DNA of 64,000 nt. Origin: Bacteroidetes bacterium HLUCCA01 (lineage in GTDB: Bacteria > Bacteroidota > Rhodothermia > Balneolales > HLUCCA01). How positions within the stretch are numbered: position 1 is the first letter of the stretch; every line of letters begins with the position of its first letter. The position numbers were made by a program, and so were the translations under genes. Below the pieces are notes generated by a model. The model was not told the DNA's origin. It worked only from the letters and a program-made list of their open reading frames with translations, and made no database searches. Shown here one piece after another: positions 9,101 to 17,932 of the stretch. The DNA is taken from positions 21,084-85,083 of the forward strand of contig LIHN01000018.1 in NCBI GenBank assembly GCA_001314545.1, written 5' to 3'.

Positions 9101-12100
9101 GAAGGTGGTGTTGCCGTTCCAGAACAGGTGCAGGTTTTGATTGGCGCCTGAAGTGGCACCGCCGAAGTAGATGTTTCGACCAGTGAGCTGTTCGGAGCGG
9201 TCGACCATAAAGGTGAGGGTGTAATCGGTGCCGGTCAGCCAGGTTCCGTCAAAGGGCAGGAATTCGGCATTGTCAAAAATCAGGGATGGTCGACCTCCGA
9301 AGGCACCGGTGTTGCTGCGTACCGGTCGGCGCGCGGCATCCGCCTGTTCGGCATGACGGGCGTTGGGCGACTTATCGCGCAGCACGGCTACGGGGTCGCC
9401 GAAGGCGGCGGGGGTAGTGGCAGCCGCATCGCTGAAGGCATAGCTGTCATCGGCCACATCGAACCAGACCTGCAGGTCATCGTTGGCCAGTCCGGCCGGG
9501 TAGTAACGCAGGATATCGAAATCGACAAAGGTGACGGTGGCGGTGGCCGTTACCGGGTTGCCGTTCAGGGTGGCCGAAACGGTTGCGCTGCCGGGGGAAG
9601 CCGGCGCGGTAATCGGTATCGTATAGGTGCCGTTGTTCAGATCGGTCACGGTGCCCAGCGTGCCGGAGGTGGTTGAAAATACGACGGTTTGTCCGCCGGA
9701 ACCGACCAGGTTGCCGTTGGCATCGCGAACTTCCAGCACAATGGTCGACTGGGCGGTGCCGTTGGCGGTGATCTGATCGGGAACGGCCTGAAGGGTGGAT
9801 TCGGCCAGGTCAGCCGGACCGGCGGTGTAGTCGAATTCCAGGGTGGTGCCGGTCGGACTGCCGTTGACTGCAGCGGTCAGGGTGGCGGTTCCGATCTGGG
9901 TGGGCGCGGTCAGCGTGGCGGTGTAGGTTCCATCGCCGTTGTCGGTCACGGCGCTGAGGCTGCCGGAGGTGATGCTCAGGGTGACGACGGCCCCACCGGT
10001 GGTCAGATTGGCGCCGAAGGTATCGCGGAGCTGGACGGTCACGGTGGACTGATCGGTGCCGTTGGCAACCAGGGAGGTGGTGGTGGCGCTGAGCAGGGTC
10101 TCGGCCGGATCGGGCGCGCCGGACTGAAACGTAACCGTGGCCTGACTGGTAATCGGGTCGCCGTTGATGGTACCGGTGATGGTGGCCGTACCGGCCGAGT
10201 TGGCGGAGGTGAGTACGGCGGTGTAGGTACCGTCGCCGTTATCACTGACCGCACTCAGGGTGCCGGAGGTGGTCGACAGGGTGACCGCATCCCCTCCCAC
10301 TGTGCGATTCGCGCCGTTTGCAAAGCGGGCCTGTACGGTGATCTGGGAGGTGGAGGCGCCGTCGGCTTCAATGACGGTGGGCTGGGCAGCAATCGTGGTT
10401 TCGGCGGGGTCGGCCTCGGCGGTCGACAGGAAAAAGCCCAGGGTGAGGTAACCGTCCTGCAGGTCGTCGGAGTCGATGGTGAAAGAGACGATATTCCCGG
10501 AGACGCTGGCGGCGCTGCTGAGTACCTGGTTGTCTTCAAAGATGCTGAAATCATCCTGCGAGGCGTTGAAAAGCAGGCCGTATTGACCGGTACTGACGCC
10601 GGGGGTGACATCCAGTACGTCAAGGTCGAAGGAAATGGTAACCTCACCCCCGCTGCCCGGCTGGGTGATGTCTGCGTACCAGACGCGGTTGGGGCGCTCA
10701 TACAGGGCGGTTGCGGTGAACAGGGTCTGGGCGTGGAGTCCGGTGGCGTTGTTGTGGGCACTGAGCAGGAAATGGCCGTCGGTACTCAGAAATTCGGCGG
10801 TTGTAGACTGCAGTCCGAGTCCGCCGGAGGTGAAGGCGGTGCTGAGAACGTGGTCTGTGGAGGTGGTTCGACCAATACCTGCCAGCTGATGGGTAAACGG
10901 GTTTGATCCGTTGTAATAGTCGGAGGCGGGCGCGAGTGTTGTGCCCCATTTGGCGGCGGCGTAGTTCTCCAGGATGAGTCGCTCGGTGGTGTTGAGCAGC
11001 CGGTCATACATGTAGGTTTCCCCGAAGCGACCCCGGAAAAACTCGGCGTTCTGATAGGCTCCCAGGCTGGCACCTTCCATGGAGATGAGGGTGGCATTGG
11101 TGCCGCCGGTTCCCAGCAGGGCCCCGTTTCGCCAGGCCGAGCGGGCGTTGGATCCCAACGAGGTATTCAGGTTGAAAGTGTGGATTTCGCCGGCCAGATC
11201 GGGGGTGTAAGCGGGTACCGTTACGTCAAAATTGTTGTTCCAATGATGAAATTCCAGGGTTGTGCTGTTGGCCCAGAACAGGTGCAGGTTGGTATTCTCC
11301 CCTCCTCCGGTTCCGCCAAAGTAGATATTTCTTCCGCCGGAATCGGTTGACCGGTCTACGAAGAAACCGAGCGTATATTCCGTTCCGGCCAGCCAGGTTC
11401 CGTCAAAGGGAAGAAACTCAGCGTTGTTGAAAATCAACGAGGGCCGAGCGCCGAAGGCACCGGTGAGACTGAGTTCGGGACGGAGTGCGGAGGTGGGCTG
11501 GATGGCGTGCCGGCCCGCGGGCGACTTATCATTGAGTCGGGCGATGGTCTGCCCGTTGGTGGCCTGGGCTGTCCCGGAGGGATTTGAAAAACGGGTCTGA
11601 GGGTCGGCTGCATCGAACCAGATCTGCAGGTTGGTATTATCGAGGCCGCCGGGATAGTAGTCCAGCACCAGGGGCTGCGGTACGGTAAAGCTGGCACCTC
11701 CGAAAAACTTGTAGTGGTTGGTACTGATCTGTCCGTTGGTGGTATTGTTTTCCTGGATGCGCAGGTTTTGTATCCAAAGGGTGTACTGGGTGTTGTCCTG
11801 GATGGTAAAAACGGCGGGATTGAACTCGATTTCAACGGTATTGGCGTTGATGAGGCTGGCTGTGGCGGGGGTTTCTCCGCTGCCGAGAACCTGGTAGTTG
11901 GCAGCTCGTTCAGCGGCGTTGGTTCCGGTTCCGGGGATCAGGGAGATGGGGTTGCCCTCGAATTCCGTGTTGAAAAATATGCGCAGACGGTTGGCTGTGA
12001 CGACCTCGATGGAGACTACATAGGGACGATTTACGTCGATTTCAGGTTCACCGGTGACCGTCCCGATGACGTTGAGGGTGGTTTCATTGACGTGGTTATA

Positions 12101-13192
12101 GTCGCCGGTGGGATCAACAGTCATGTTGTTGGCTACGGTGACGTCAATGTCGGCGGTTACCGTAGTAGCATCGTCGATGACCAGGTTGTGGAAGGTTACG
12201 TCCTGGTTGGAGTTGGACGACAGATTAACATCACCGCTGAGGGTGACGGTGCTGCTTCCGGCGTCAAAATCGCTGCCCCCATTCAGGGCCACATCGCCCT
12301 GGAAAAGAATCTGGCCATCCCCGGCTGAGAAATCCCCGCCCCCTGTGAAGGTGGATGACCCATAGACGTTGAATGAGCCCTGATTCAGGAAGAATTCCGA
12401 TCCGCCGGTCTGGATGAAATTACCGCCAACAACGGGCGGGCCCGGCGAGCCTACATTCACGGTACCGGTCTGGATTTCCAGCAGGGCGCTGGAGGTGTGG
12501 GTAAAGTTACCCAGGATGGTGAAGGTGCCGTCATCCACCAGAATATCACCATCGTTCACAGAGGCGTTGGTCAGCGTGGCCGAACCGCTCTGTACGTTCA
12601 GGGTACCGTTGTTGTTGATATTGATGGTGGCGGCGGTAAGGTCGGCGGTGTGCAGATTGATCTGGCCGTTGAGGCTGAGGGTTCCGCCGATGGTGACGGT
12701 TGCAAAACGGGCGTCAAAGGTTTTATTGTTGGCGACCGACAGGTTTCCGTCTACCGTGAGCGTACCGGGTGAGCCTCCGTCGGTTACGTTCAGGTCATTG
12801 CCCAAATCCATATTTCCACCCACATCCAGGGAGAAGTCGGTTCCTACGATATTGGCGGAGTTGCCGGTGTTGAGGTTCCCGTTTACTGTGAGGGTTACGC
12901 CGGCGCCGATGGTCAGGGTCTGGTTGTTCGAACTCATGCTCAGGCTGCCGATGGTGGTGCTGGCATTGAGAACCGGTTCATCGCGGTTATTGTTGATGAA
13001 ATTGATGTTCACCGCGGTGGATGGCCCCGGCACACCATTCGACCAGTTGGCCGGATTGAACCAGTTGGTGTCGGCGTTGCCGTTCCAGGTGGTAGACTGT
13101 GCCATTAGCGGAATGAATGGTACCACGAGTACCACCAGGCTCAGCAATATCCTCCGGATGGATTTTTGATATGACGGGAATGGGGACAGCAT
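6170..13192 (-). CDS. Giant T9SS-secreted adhesin-like protein (beta-helix-like N-terminus, two LamG/concanavalin-like modules, three invasin/Big_1-like Ig repeats, T9SS type A C-terminal domain)
   Basis: Signal peptide (LMA|Q); N/T/G-rich repeats; duplicated LQ(I/V)WFD(A/V)AD...DKSP..RHA.Q modules; three ANGT..S.(I/V)TVQ.RD..G...D.GDGTYTA.LT repeats; C-terminal LQQNYPNPFNPTT...EVFDITGR...ASGIYIYRM...FTRKMTLIR. Confidence 0.85.
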   Translation of the reverse strand: MLSPFPSYQKSIRRILLSLVVLVVPFIPLMAQSTTWNGNADTNWFNPANWSNGVPGPSTAVNINFINNNRDEPVLNASTTIGSLSMSSNNQTLTIGAGVTLTVNGNLNTGNSANIVGTDFSLDVGGNMDLGNDLNVTDGGSPGTLTVDGNLSVANNKTFDARFATVTIGGTLSLNGQINLHTADLTAATININNNGTLNVQSGSATLTNASVNDGDILVDDGTFTILGNFTHTSSALLEIQTGTVNVGSPGPPVVGGNFIQTGGSEFFLNQGSFNVYGSSTFTGGGDFSAGDGQILFQGDVALNGGSDFDAGSSTVTLSGDVNLSSNSNQDVTFHNLVIDDATTVTADIDVTVANNMTVDPTGDYNHVNETTLNVIGTVTGEPEIDVNRPYVVSIEVVTANRLRIFFNTEFEGNPISLIPGTGTNAAERAANYQVLGSGETPATASLINANTVEIEFNPAVFTIQDNTQYTLWIQNLRIQENNTTNGQISTNHYKFFGGASFTVPQPLVLDYYPGGLDNTNLQIWFDAADPQTRFSNPSGTAQATNGQTIARLNDKSPAGRHAIQPTSALRPELSLTGAFGARPSLIFNNAEFLPFDGTWLAGTEYTLGFFVDRSTDSGGRNIYFGGTGGGENTNLHLFWANSTTLEFHHWNNNFDVTVPAYTPDLAGEIHTFNLNTSLGSNARSAWRNGALLGTGGTNATLISMEGASLGAYQNAEFFRGRFGETYMYDRLLNTTERLILENYAAAKWGTTLAPASDYYNGSNPFTHQLAGIGRTTSTDHVLSTAFTSGGLGLQSTTAEFLSTDGHFLLSAHNNATGLHAQTLFTATALYERPNRVWYADITQPGSGGEVTISFDLDVLDVTPGVSTGQYGLLFNASQDDFSIFEDNQVLSSAASVSGNIVSFTIDSDDLQDGYLTLGFFLSTAEADPAETTIAAQPTVIEADGASTSQITVQARFANGANRTVGGDAVTLSTTSGTLSAVSDNGDGTYTAVLTSANSAGTATITGTINGDPITSQATVTFQSGAPDPAETLLSATTTSLVANGTDQSTVTVQLRDTFGANLTTGGAVVTLSITSGSLSAVTDNGDGTYTATLTAPTQIGTATLTAAVNGSPTGTTLEFDYTAGPADLAESTLQAVPDQITANGTAQSTIVLEVRDANGNLVGSGGQTVVFSTTSGTLGTVTDLNNGTYTIPITAPASPGSATVSATLNGNPVTATATVTFVDFDILRYYPAGLANDDLQVWFDVADDSYAFSDAAATTPAAFGDPVAVLRDKSPNARHAEQADAARRPVRSNTGAFGGRPSLIFDNAEFLPFDGTWLTGTDYTLTFMVDRSEQLTGRNIYFGGATSGANQNLHLFWNGNTTFEHHHWGNNYTATVPAFTTSIDGELHTFNLNTAIPTPSRRFWRNGTQIGSGGTAQSLTSMNGAALGRFRTTDYFRGRIGEVVMHDRVLNTTEFILLQNYLSARWGVGIDANITYFTPPDPDFYHQLSGIGRITSTDLVNQTVFTSGGLGFNATGAFTFLTASQRYLMAAHNNLTGLAASTLAIGESSYERWNRVWYLEKSVVTTGGTLAVYFDFTDYNLPVPDPNDTFVLLYHPTDGDFATAGVQVITATASFSAVNRVQFAVNADDLENGYYTVGRLDGTVIYYSRTSGNYEDAPTWSVTGHDGPAHSEAPGPTSTVIIGGNAGTDHEVTLTANVTLNAGGTITVTDTGDGSGILLTGARIILGDGSFTLEEGGTLGIGSPDGIAANTPNGNIRTASRSFSADATYRYNGAAAQITGSGLPASVLNLQVSNAAGVTLTNNLQVTGTATLTSGNLTVSSDQAFVAENIAYNGGLLRALRQLWVPPSGTPGGWRLLSSPINTDYANLFSELTTQGFTGSDLGVSSSLIPSVLWYDETFEGTDNQRWRAPDNATDDLTPGRGLFTYVFGDVPTDSRYNQSAVTLEVIGQENAGDVSLPVTYTATGDEGWNLVGNPYLSTIFWNDASGWTKTNISPTIYVWDQQANGGNGDFLEWNGVAGWGNGYIKPFQGFWVKATADNPELQVNTSARSTTTSGTFYRRPAHPEIEFQVTTTDSLSSRALFMFTDQARTGIDPLDAYRLESLSDTYITLFSVNPDGDRLAINNLPDRFARTLELPMDLDATVQGQGFSGSVELALNRFQNLPEDWVIELEDRQTGEVYDRSALEAGISLSLTTSGTLRKQSASGTDSLWVMTYPKAPIADRTDGPALMKSNPSRARFIITITPTNPPSDIPAGFGLQQNYPNPFNPTTTVPFALAADGRVRLEVFDITGRRLAVLLDEFRQAGFYEVSWNAGQVASGIYIYRMITPEGSFTRKMTLIR

Positions 13193-13271
13193 GCTCTTTG
13201 TGGGTGTTATCCAAAATACCTACAAAACTGCTGGCAAGTAGGTTAAAGTATTCCATAACTGGCCGGAATCC

Positions 13272-13298
13272 GACTAAAATAGATTAGTCTTTTTTAAC
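13272..13298. promoter_or_regulatory. Overlapping palindromic operators upstream of the 2340-aa adhesin
   Basis: ATTAG-TCTTTT-TTAAC (13283-13298) overlapping GACTAA-AATAGA-TTAGTC (13272-13289), giving three half-sites at 10-bp spacing. Confidence 0.65.
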
Positions 13299-13377
13299 AC
13301 TCTGACTTTAGTTGAATCAGACAGGGAAGCGATTCAACAGGCTGCGGAGGGCGTACGAAAGGCCCCGGCACTAGTAC

Positions 13378-16300
13378 TTACCGGATCAGCGTCACTTTTT
13401 GCGTGAAGCTGCCTTCGAGGGTGGTCATGCGAATCAGATAAATCCCGCTGGCCAGTCCCGCAGCGTCGAAACGCACGTCATACCGTCCCGCCTGCAGGTA
13501 GTCATTGACCAGGGATTGCACCAGCCGACCGGTTACATCGAAGACCTGCAGCTGCACCGGTCCGTCTTCGGCGATGGCGTACGGTATGTTCGTGGTGGGA
13601 TTAAAGGGATTGGGGTAATTGGGGGAAAGGGCGAATTCGGCCGGGATTTCCTCGGAGGCCTCATTGGGAGTAATGCGAAGGGTGAAGCGGGCCGTTTCGG
13701 GGTTGGATTTGAGCAGAACGGGACGGATTTCAGGTTGAACCGTGTCTTCAGGCCCGGTCCGGACTACGGCCTTGCTGAGTTGTCCGGCGGTTTCGGTCAG
13801 GTTGAAGGAAAATCCATCGGCTGAAGCGGACAGAACCCGGGTGTCACCAGACTGATTATCGATGATTTCGAGGTCCCAGTGGAGCGGAATCCGGGTTCGG
13901 GCGCCCAGGCGAACCTCTACCCTGCCTTCCAGCGGTGCGTTGTTTTCCATTCCGTCGATGTTCAGGGGAATTTCCAGGGTACGGGCAAAGCGATTGGGCA
14001 GGTTGTTGATGGCGAGGCGCTCACCGTCGCGACTGACGGTGTATACATCCAGGTAGGTGCCGGCCAGCGACTGCAGCCGGTAGGCATCGTGAGCATCCAA
14101 GTCCGAGCGACCTTCATCGGTGAACATGAGGAAGGTTCGTGCGTGCAGGTCTGAGGTTTCAAAAACCAGCTCGATTTCATCGTGGTTGGTCAACTGCCGG
14201 TAGAAGGTGGTCTGACCACCCGTGGTTTTGGCATTTTGGTTGACGCTGAGTACTGGACTGGCGGCTTCGGCTTTGACCCAGAAGGCCTGGAAGGGCATAA
14301 TGATACCGCTGCCGGTGGTATTATCCTGGTTGAGCGGATCGTTCAGGGTGCCGGTAGTACCGTTCCAGAAACGGAATTGGCCGGTGTTTTCATCCCAGAC
14401 GTAGATGGTATTACCCATATTGGTTTTGGTCCAGCCGGAGGCTTCATCCCAGTCGATGGCGGCCAGGAAGGGGTTGCCCACCAGGTTCCAGCCGTCGTCG
14501 CCGGTTGGGGTGTAGTTAACCGGGAGGGATACCGTTCCGGAGCTGCCCTCGTTTTGCTGTCCGGTCACTTCAAGCTGGGGACTGGACTGGTTGTAGCGCT
14601 GATCGCCGGTGATATTGCCGAAGATGTAGGTGAAGTAGCCTCTTCCGGAACTGATGGTATTGGCGGCATCGGCGAGGGTTCGCCAGCGCTGATTGTCGGT
14701 TCCTTCGATGGTTTCATTGTACCAGAGTACGCTGGGCATGAGCGTGGCGTAGGTGGTATCCAGGGCAGTATCATTGAAGGTGTTGCCCAGGCTGGATCCG
14801 GTAAATCCCTGGGTAGTGATTCCGCTGAGGAAGTTGGCGTAGGTGGTGTTGATGGGACTGGAAAGCAATCGCCATCCCCCTGGCGTCACACCGTCTTGCG
14901 GTACGGTGATGGAGCGAAGGGCGCGGAACTGGCCGCCATTGTAGGTGGGATTGTCGGCCACCAGGCTTCGGTCGGAGCTGATGATGAAATCGCCCGCATC
15001 CAGCGTCAGCGTACCATCTACAGCGGTATTGGCGGTGAGCGTCACCCCATTGGCGTTGTTGACGATGAGATTGTTCACCGAAACGGGCAGTCCGTCACCG
15101 GTATTTTGGGCTGCGTTGCCGTTGTAGGTATAGTTGGCTCCGATAGAGAACGTTCGGGTGGTGGTTTGCACGTTGCCGGATGCGCTGCCGGCAGTAATTC
15201 CATCCGCTGACCCGATGGAGATACTGCCTCCGCTTTGCAGGTCGAAGGCGCCGTCGCCGGTGATAATTTTATCCGAGGTAACAAGAGTGCCGCCATTGGC
15301 AACGGCCAGGGTTCCGGTGGCGTTGACGGTCACGGACTGCAGCGGGGCGAGGGCGACATTGGAAGCCACCGAAATCGTGTTGTTATTACCGATGACAACC
15401 TGGTCGCCGGACTGTCCGGGAATACGGGTGGCGGGGGTTCCGGTGTGCGAGCCGGTTGCCCAGCTGGAGGTTACATCCCAGTTACCGTTTGCGGCGCTGT
15501 AGAAAATAGGCGGACTGGCGTCCACGAAAAGCTTACGGTGGGGACTGCTGACCGAATTATTATCGGTGCTTGTCAGGTTTTGCACCCACAGGTAGTAATT
15601 TTTGTCTTCCTGGATGGTTCCCTGGAGCTGGATGATCACCGCGGCGGGGTCAGAGCCGTCCTGCACGGCGGAGGTTATGCCGGTTATATCGGTGGATCCG
15701 GCGTCAGTGAATGCGCCTGACAGCAGATCGCGCACCTTGTAGTTACCAATGGTTTCCAGCGGACCGGTATTCATAGCCTTACTGAAAACAGCTTTGATGG
15801 AAGACGCGCTGAGCACTTCGATGGAGAGCATATAAGGGGCAGGACCGAGAATCTGGGGGTCACCTGTAACATCCCCCACTACGTTCAGGGTGGTATTATT
15901 TTCGTTCTCATAGTTGGCATCGGGGTCTACCTCCATATTATTCAGTACCGTAACGTTCTGGAATGAGGTCACATCCGAATTTTCATCAATTTCAAGGTTA
16001 TAGAACTCGATATCCGAGTTTGATCCGGTTACCGTCTGCGAGCCGTCACCGCTGAAAATAAACGTACTTTCATCCGGATTGAAGGTTCCGGAATTGTCGA
16101 ACGTTCCGCCCTCAAAAATAATCGTGCTGGTCCCGGCGTCCAATGTACCGCCTGACTGAGCCAGGGTTACGTCGCCGGAAAGGGTTACCGTTCCGCTGCC
16201 GGCGTCCAGGGTTCCGGAGTTCTGGAAAGTTGCATCGCCGCTCATGGTCAGGCTGCCACTGCCCACGCTCACGCTTCCTGAGTTCTGGAAGGTTCCGTTG

Positions 16301-17547
16301 CCTCCAACAAACATACTTCCCGATCCGGTTATTTCGATAGTAGTGGAGTTTGCGAATGTTCCGTCACCGAGGAATTCGACTGAACCGTCATCCACCGTAA
16401 TAGTAGCGTCACCCTGGGTGGATATGTTTTGATGAAACGTTGCGCGACCATCGTTGACGTTCAGGGTTCCGTTGTTTTCGATCTCTGCAACGCCGAAGAA
16501 ATCCAGCTCAGCGTCAGCACTGATGAGATTAATGACACCACCGCTTCGGACTCTTGTCTGGGAAGTTGCTGTGAATGTGGAATTTCCGCTGCCGAAATTA
16601 ACCGTACCGTTGACTGTAAAGTCAGCCGTTAGGTTCAGCGGAGAGTTCACAAGTGTGGTGGTGGTACCGGATCCAGAGTTGAAATCTCCGCCTATGGTCA
16701 TGTTCACGCCGGTGAGATTTAGTACCGAGTTGCTGGAACCGAGCGACAAATCCTGGCCTACGTTGATTGAGCCGGAATCGGTTACAATCAGCTGGCCATC
16801 GGAGGCTATACTCAGATTTCTGACTGTACTCAGGGTTAGCGTTTCAGCCTGAAGTCTGGCCGTTGATCCGATGACGATATCACGATTATTGCCATTGGTC
16901 AGCGGGTTGACTGCAGAGATAGTCTGCGCGTCAAGAACAGTGTTGGATTGCAGTTCCAGTTTACCGTTGAGTGTGACTGTTGAGTTGGGTGCGTTAATCT
17001 GATATCCAGACGAGATATTCAGGCTGCCCGAAAAAGTTACGGTACTGCCATTTTCTGCCCGGATGTTACCATTCAGTGTAACCGATGACATGGATGTGCT
17101 GAAAGTAGCGCTGTTGAGCTGAATCAGATCTACGGCTGCAAACTGCAACAGCAGATTGTTACCGGTATGGGTTATGGTTGCATTGTTCTCTGCGATAAGC
17201 CTGCCGTTGGGCGTAATTTCCAACGTATTGGTTACGGTAAGACTTCCACCATTGGTTACCGTAACGCTGCCGGCGTTGGTGTAGTTACTGATATCCAGGG
17301 TTGCAATCTGTACCCCGGTGGATATAACCGGATACAGCCGACCACCCGTAACTTCGGGTACCGTAACGGTGGCGTTGGTCGCCGGTATAGAGTTGGTACT
17401 CCAGTTAGCTGCCGTATTCCAGTCGTTGGTAAAGGCGTTCCCCGTCCATGTCTGAGCTTCCAACCTGCTGAACATACCCATCCCCAGCACGAGAAATATC
17501 ACAATCACATGTATGGCCGATTGGTTTTTAGCAAAGCGTTTCAGCAC
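13378..17547 (-). CDS. Large T9SS-secreted adhesin-like protein, paralogue of 6170..13192
   Basis: Signal peptide ending LEA|Q (GTG at 17547 preferred over the ORF-track ATG at 17607); TWTGNAFTNDWNTAANWS start; long G/S/T/N-rich beta-helix-like region; shared GGWRLLSSPINT and GWNLVGNP motifs; T9SS tail LSPNYPNPFNPTT...FTQKVTLIR. Confidence 0.85.
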   Translation of the reverse strand: MLKRFAKNQSAIHVIVIFLVLGMGMFSRLEAQTWTGNAFTNDWNTAANWSTNSIPATNATVTVPEVTGGRLYPVISTGVQIATLDISNYTNAGSVTVTNGGSLTVTNTLEITPNGRLIAENNATITHTGNNLLLQFAAVDLIQLNSATFSTSMSSVTLNGNIRAENGSTVTFSGSLNISSGYQINAPNSTVTLNGKLELQSNTVLDAQTISAVNPLTNGNNRDIVIGSTARLQAETLTLSTVRNLSIASDGQLIVTDSGSINVGQDLSLGSSNSVLNLTGVNMTIGGDFNSGSGTTTTLVNSPLNLTADFTVNGTVNFGSGNSTFTATSQTRVRSGGVINLISADAELDFFGVAEIENNGTLNVNDGRATFHQNISTQGDATITVDDGSVEFLGDGTFANSTTIEITGSGSMFVGGNGTFQNSGSVSVGSGSLTMSGDATFQNSGTLDAGSGTVTLSGDVTLAQSGGTLDAGTSTIIFEGGTFDNSGTFNPDESTFIFSGDGSQTVTGSNSDIEFYNLEIDENSDVTSFQNVTVLNNMEVDPDANYENENNTTLNVVGDVTGDPQILGPAPYMLSIEVLSASSIKAVFSKAMNTGPLETIGNYKVRDLLSGAFTDAGSTDITGITSAVQDGSDPAAVIIQLQGTIQEDKNYYLWVQNLTSTDNNSVSSPHRKLFVDASPPIFYSAANGNWDVTSSWATGSHTGTPATRIPGQSGDQVVIGNNNTISVASNVALAPLQSVTVNATGTLAVANGGTLVTSDKIITGDGAFDLQSGGSISIGSADGITAGSASGNVQTTTRTFSIGANYTYNGNAAQNTGDGLPVSVNNLIVNNANGVTLTANTAVDGTLTLDAGDFIISSDRSLVADNPTYNGGQFRALRSITVPQDGVTPGGWRLLSSPINTTYANFLSGITTQGFTGSSLGNTFNDTALDTTYATLMPSVLWYNETIEGTDNQRWRTLADAANTISSGRGYFTYIFGNITGDQRYNQSSPQLEVTGQQNEGSSGTVSLPVNYTPTGDDGWNLVGNPFLAAIDWDEASGWTKTNMGNTIYVWDENTGQFRFWNGTTGTLNDPLNQDNTTGSGIIMPFQAFWVKAEAASPVLSVNQNAKTTGGQTTFYRQLTNHDEIELVFETSDLHARTFLMFTDEGRSDLDAHDAYRLQSLAGTYLDVYTVSRDGERLAINNLPNRFARTLEIPLNIDGMENNAPLEGRVEVRLGARTRIPLHWDLEIIDNQSGDTRVLSASADGFSFNLTETAGQLSKAVVRTGPEDTVQPEIRPVLLKSNPETARFTLRITPNEASEEIPAEFALSPNYPNPFNPTTNIPYAIAEDGPVQLQVFDVTGRLVQSLVNDYLQAGRYDVRFDAAGLASGIYLIRMTTLEGSFTQKVTLIR

Positions 17548-17608
17548 TGTGGAGTCCGTTTCAAATAGTTTGTAGAGCAATATAACGTTACATCTTAACC
17601 AATGCATT

Positions 17609-17664
17609 GTTAAATCGGACTAATATTGGTGTTATCGGCCAATATCATATTAATATTACATAAT
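17609..17664. promoter_or_regulatory. RTTAR-N6-YTAAY operators upstream of the second adhesin
   Basis: GTTAA-ATCGGA-CTAAT (17609-17624) and one-mismatch ATTAA-TATTAC-ATAAT (17649-17664). Confidence 0.65.
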
Positions 17665-17778
17665 AATTTACAGCAATAGCGACTATATTTTTATCGATAG
17701 CAACCAGACACCTCAAACCGATGACTCTCAGACAGGGTTAACACAAATCGTTGAACGGGCCGGTTAGATGAGTTCCAT

Positions 17779-17814
17779 AAAAAAACGCCGGACCGCTGTC
17801 AACAGCCCGGCGTT
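17779..17814 (-). terminator. Intrinsic terminator downstream of the 164-aa pilin-like gene
   Basis: Minus strand reads AACGCCGGGCTGTTGACAGCGGTCCGGCG followed by a T-run. Confidence 0.72.
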
Positions 17815-17932
17815 AGAGAATGAACCACTTTAAGTCAAAAATCAGGAGCATCAGCGGTGGTTGGTGGTCAACCGGGCCGCGAATTTGAGATTGCGGAACG
17901 GGGGGGTTTAATGTTCCGCAACCGGGTGAAAT

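Noticed and set aside
13272-13298. Xer dif/pdif or integron att interpretation of the TAA-N6-TTA palindromes
   Set aside because: No XerD arm (TTATGTTAAAT), no attC-like long hairpins and no recombinase in the window; placement around a promoter fits operators better
6134-15720. Long plus-strand ORFs (6134..7258, 7664..9151, 9689..10906, 14182..15210 and others)
   Set aside because: Stop-poor antisense frames of the GC-rich adhesin genes
17548-17607. ORF-track N-terminal extension of the second adhesin
   Set aside because: It abuts an operator and lengthens the signal peptide abnormally; GTG at 17547 is more plausible. Similar over-extensions were trimmed for recX, mrdA, the vWA gene, skp, ribH, nadE, pyrG and namZ
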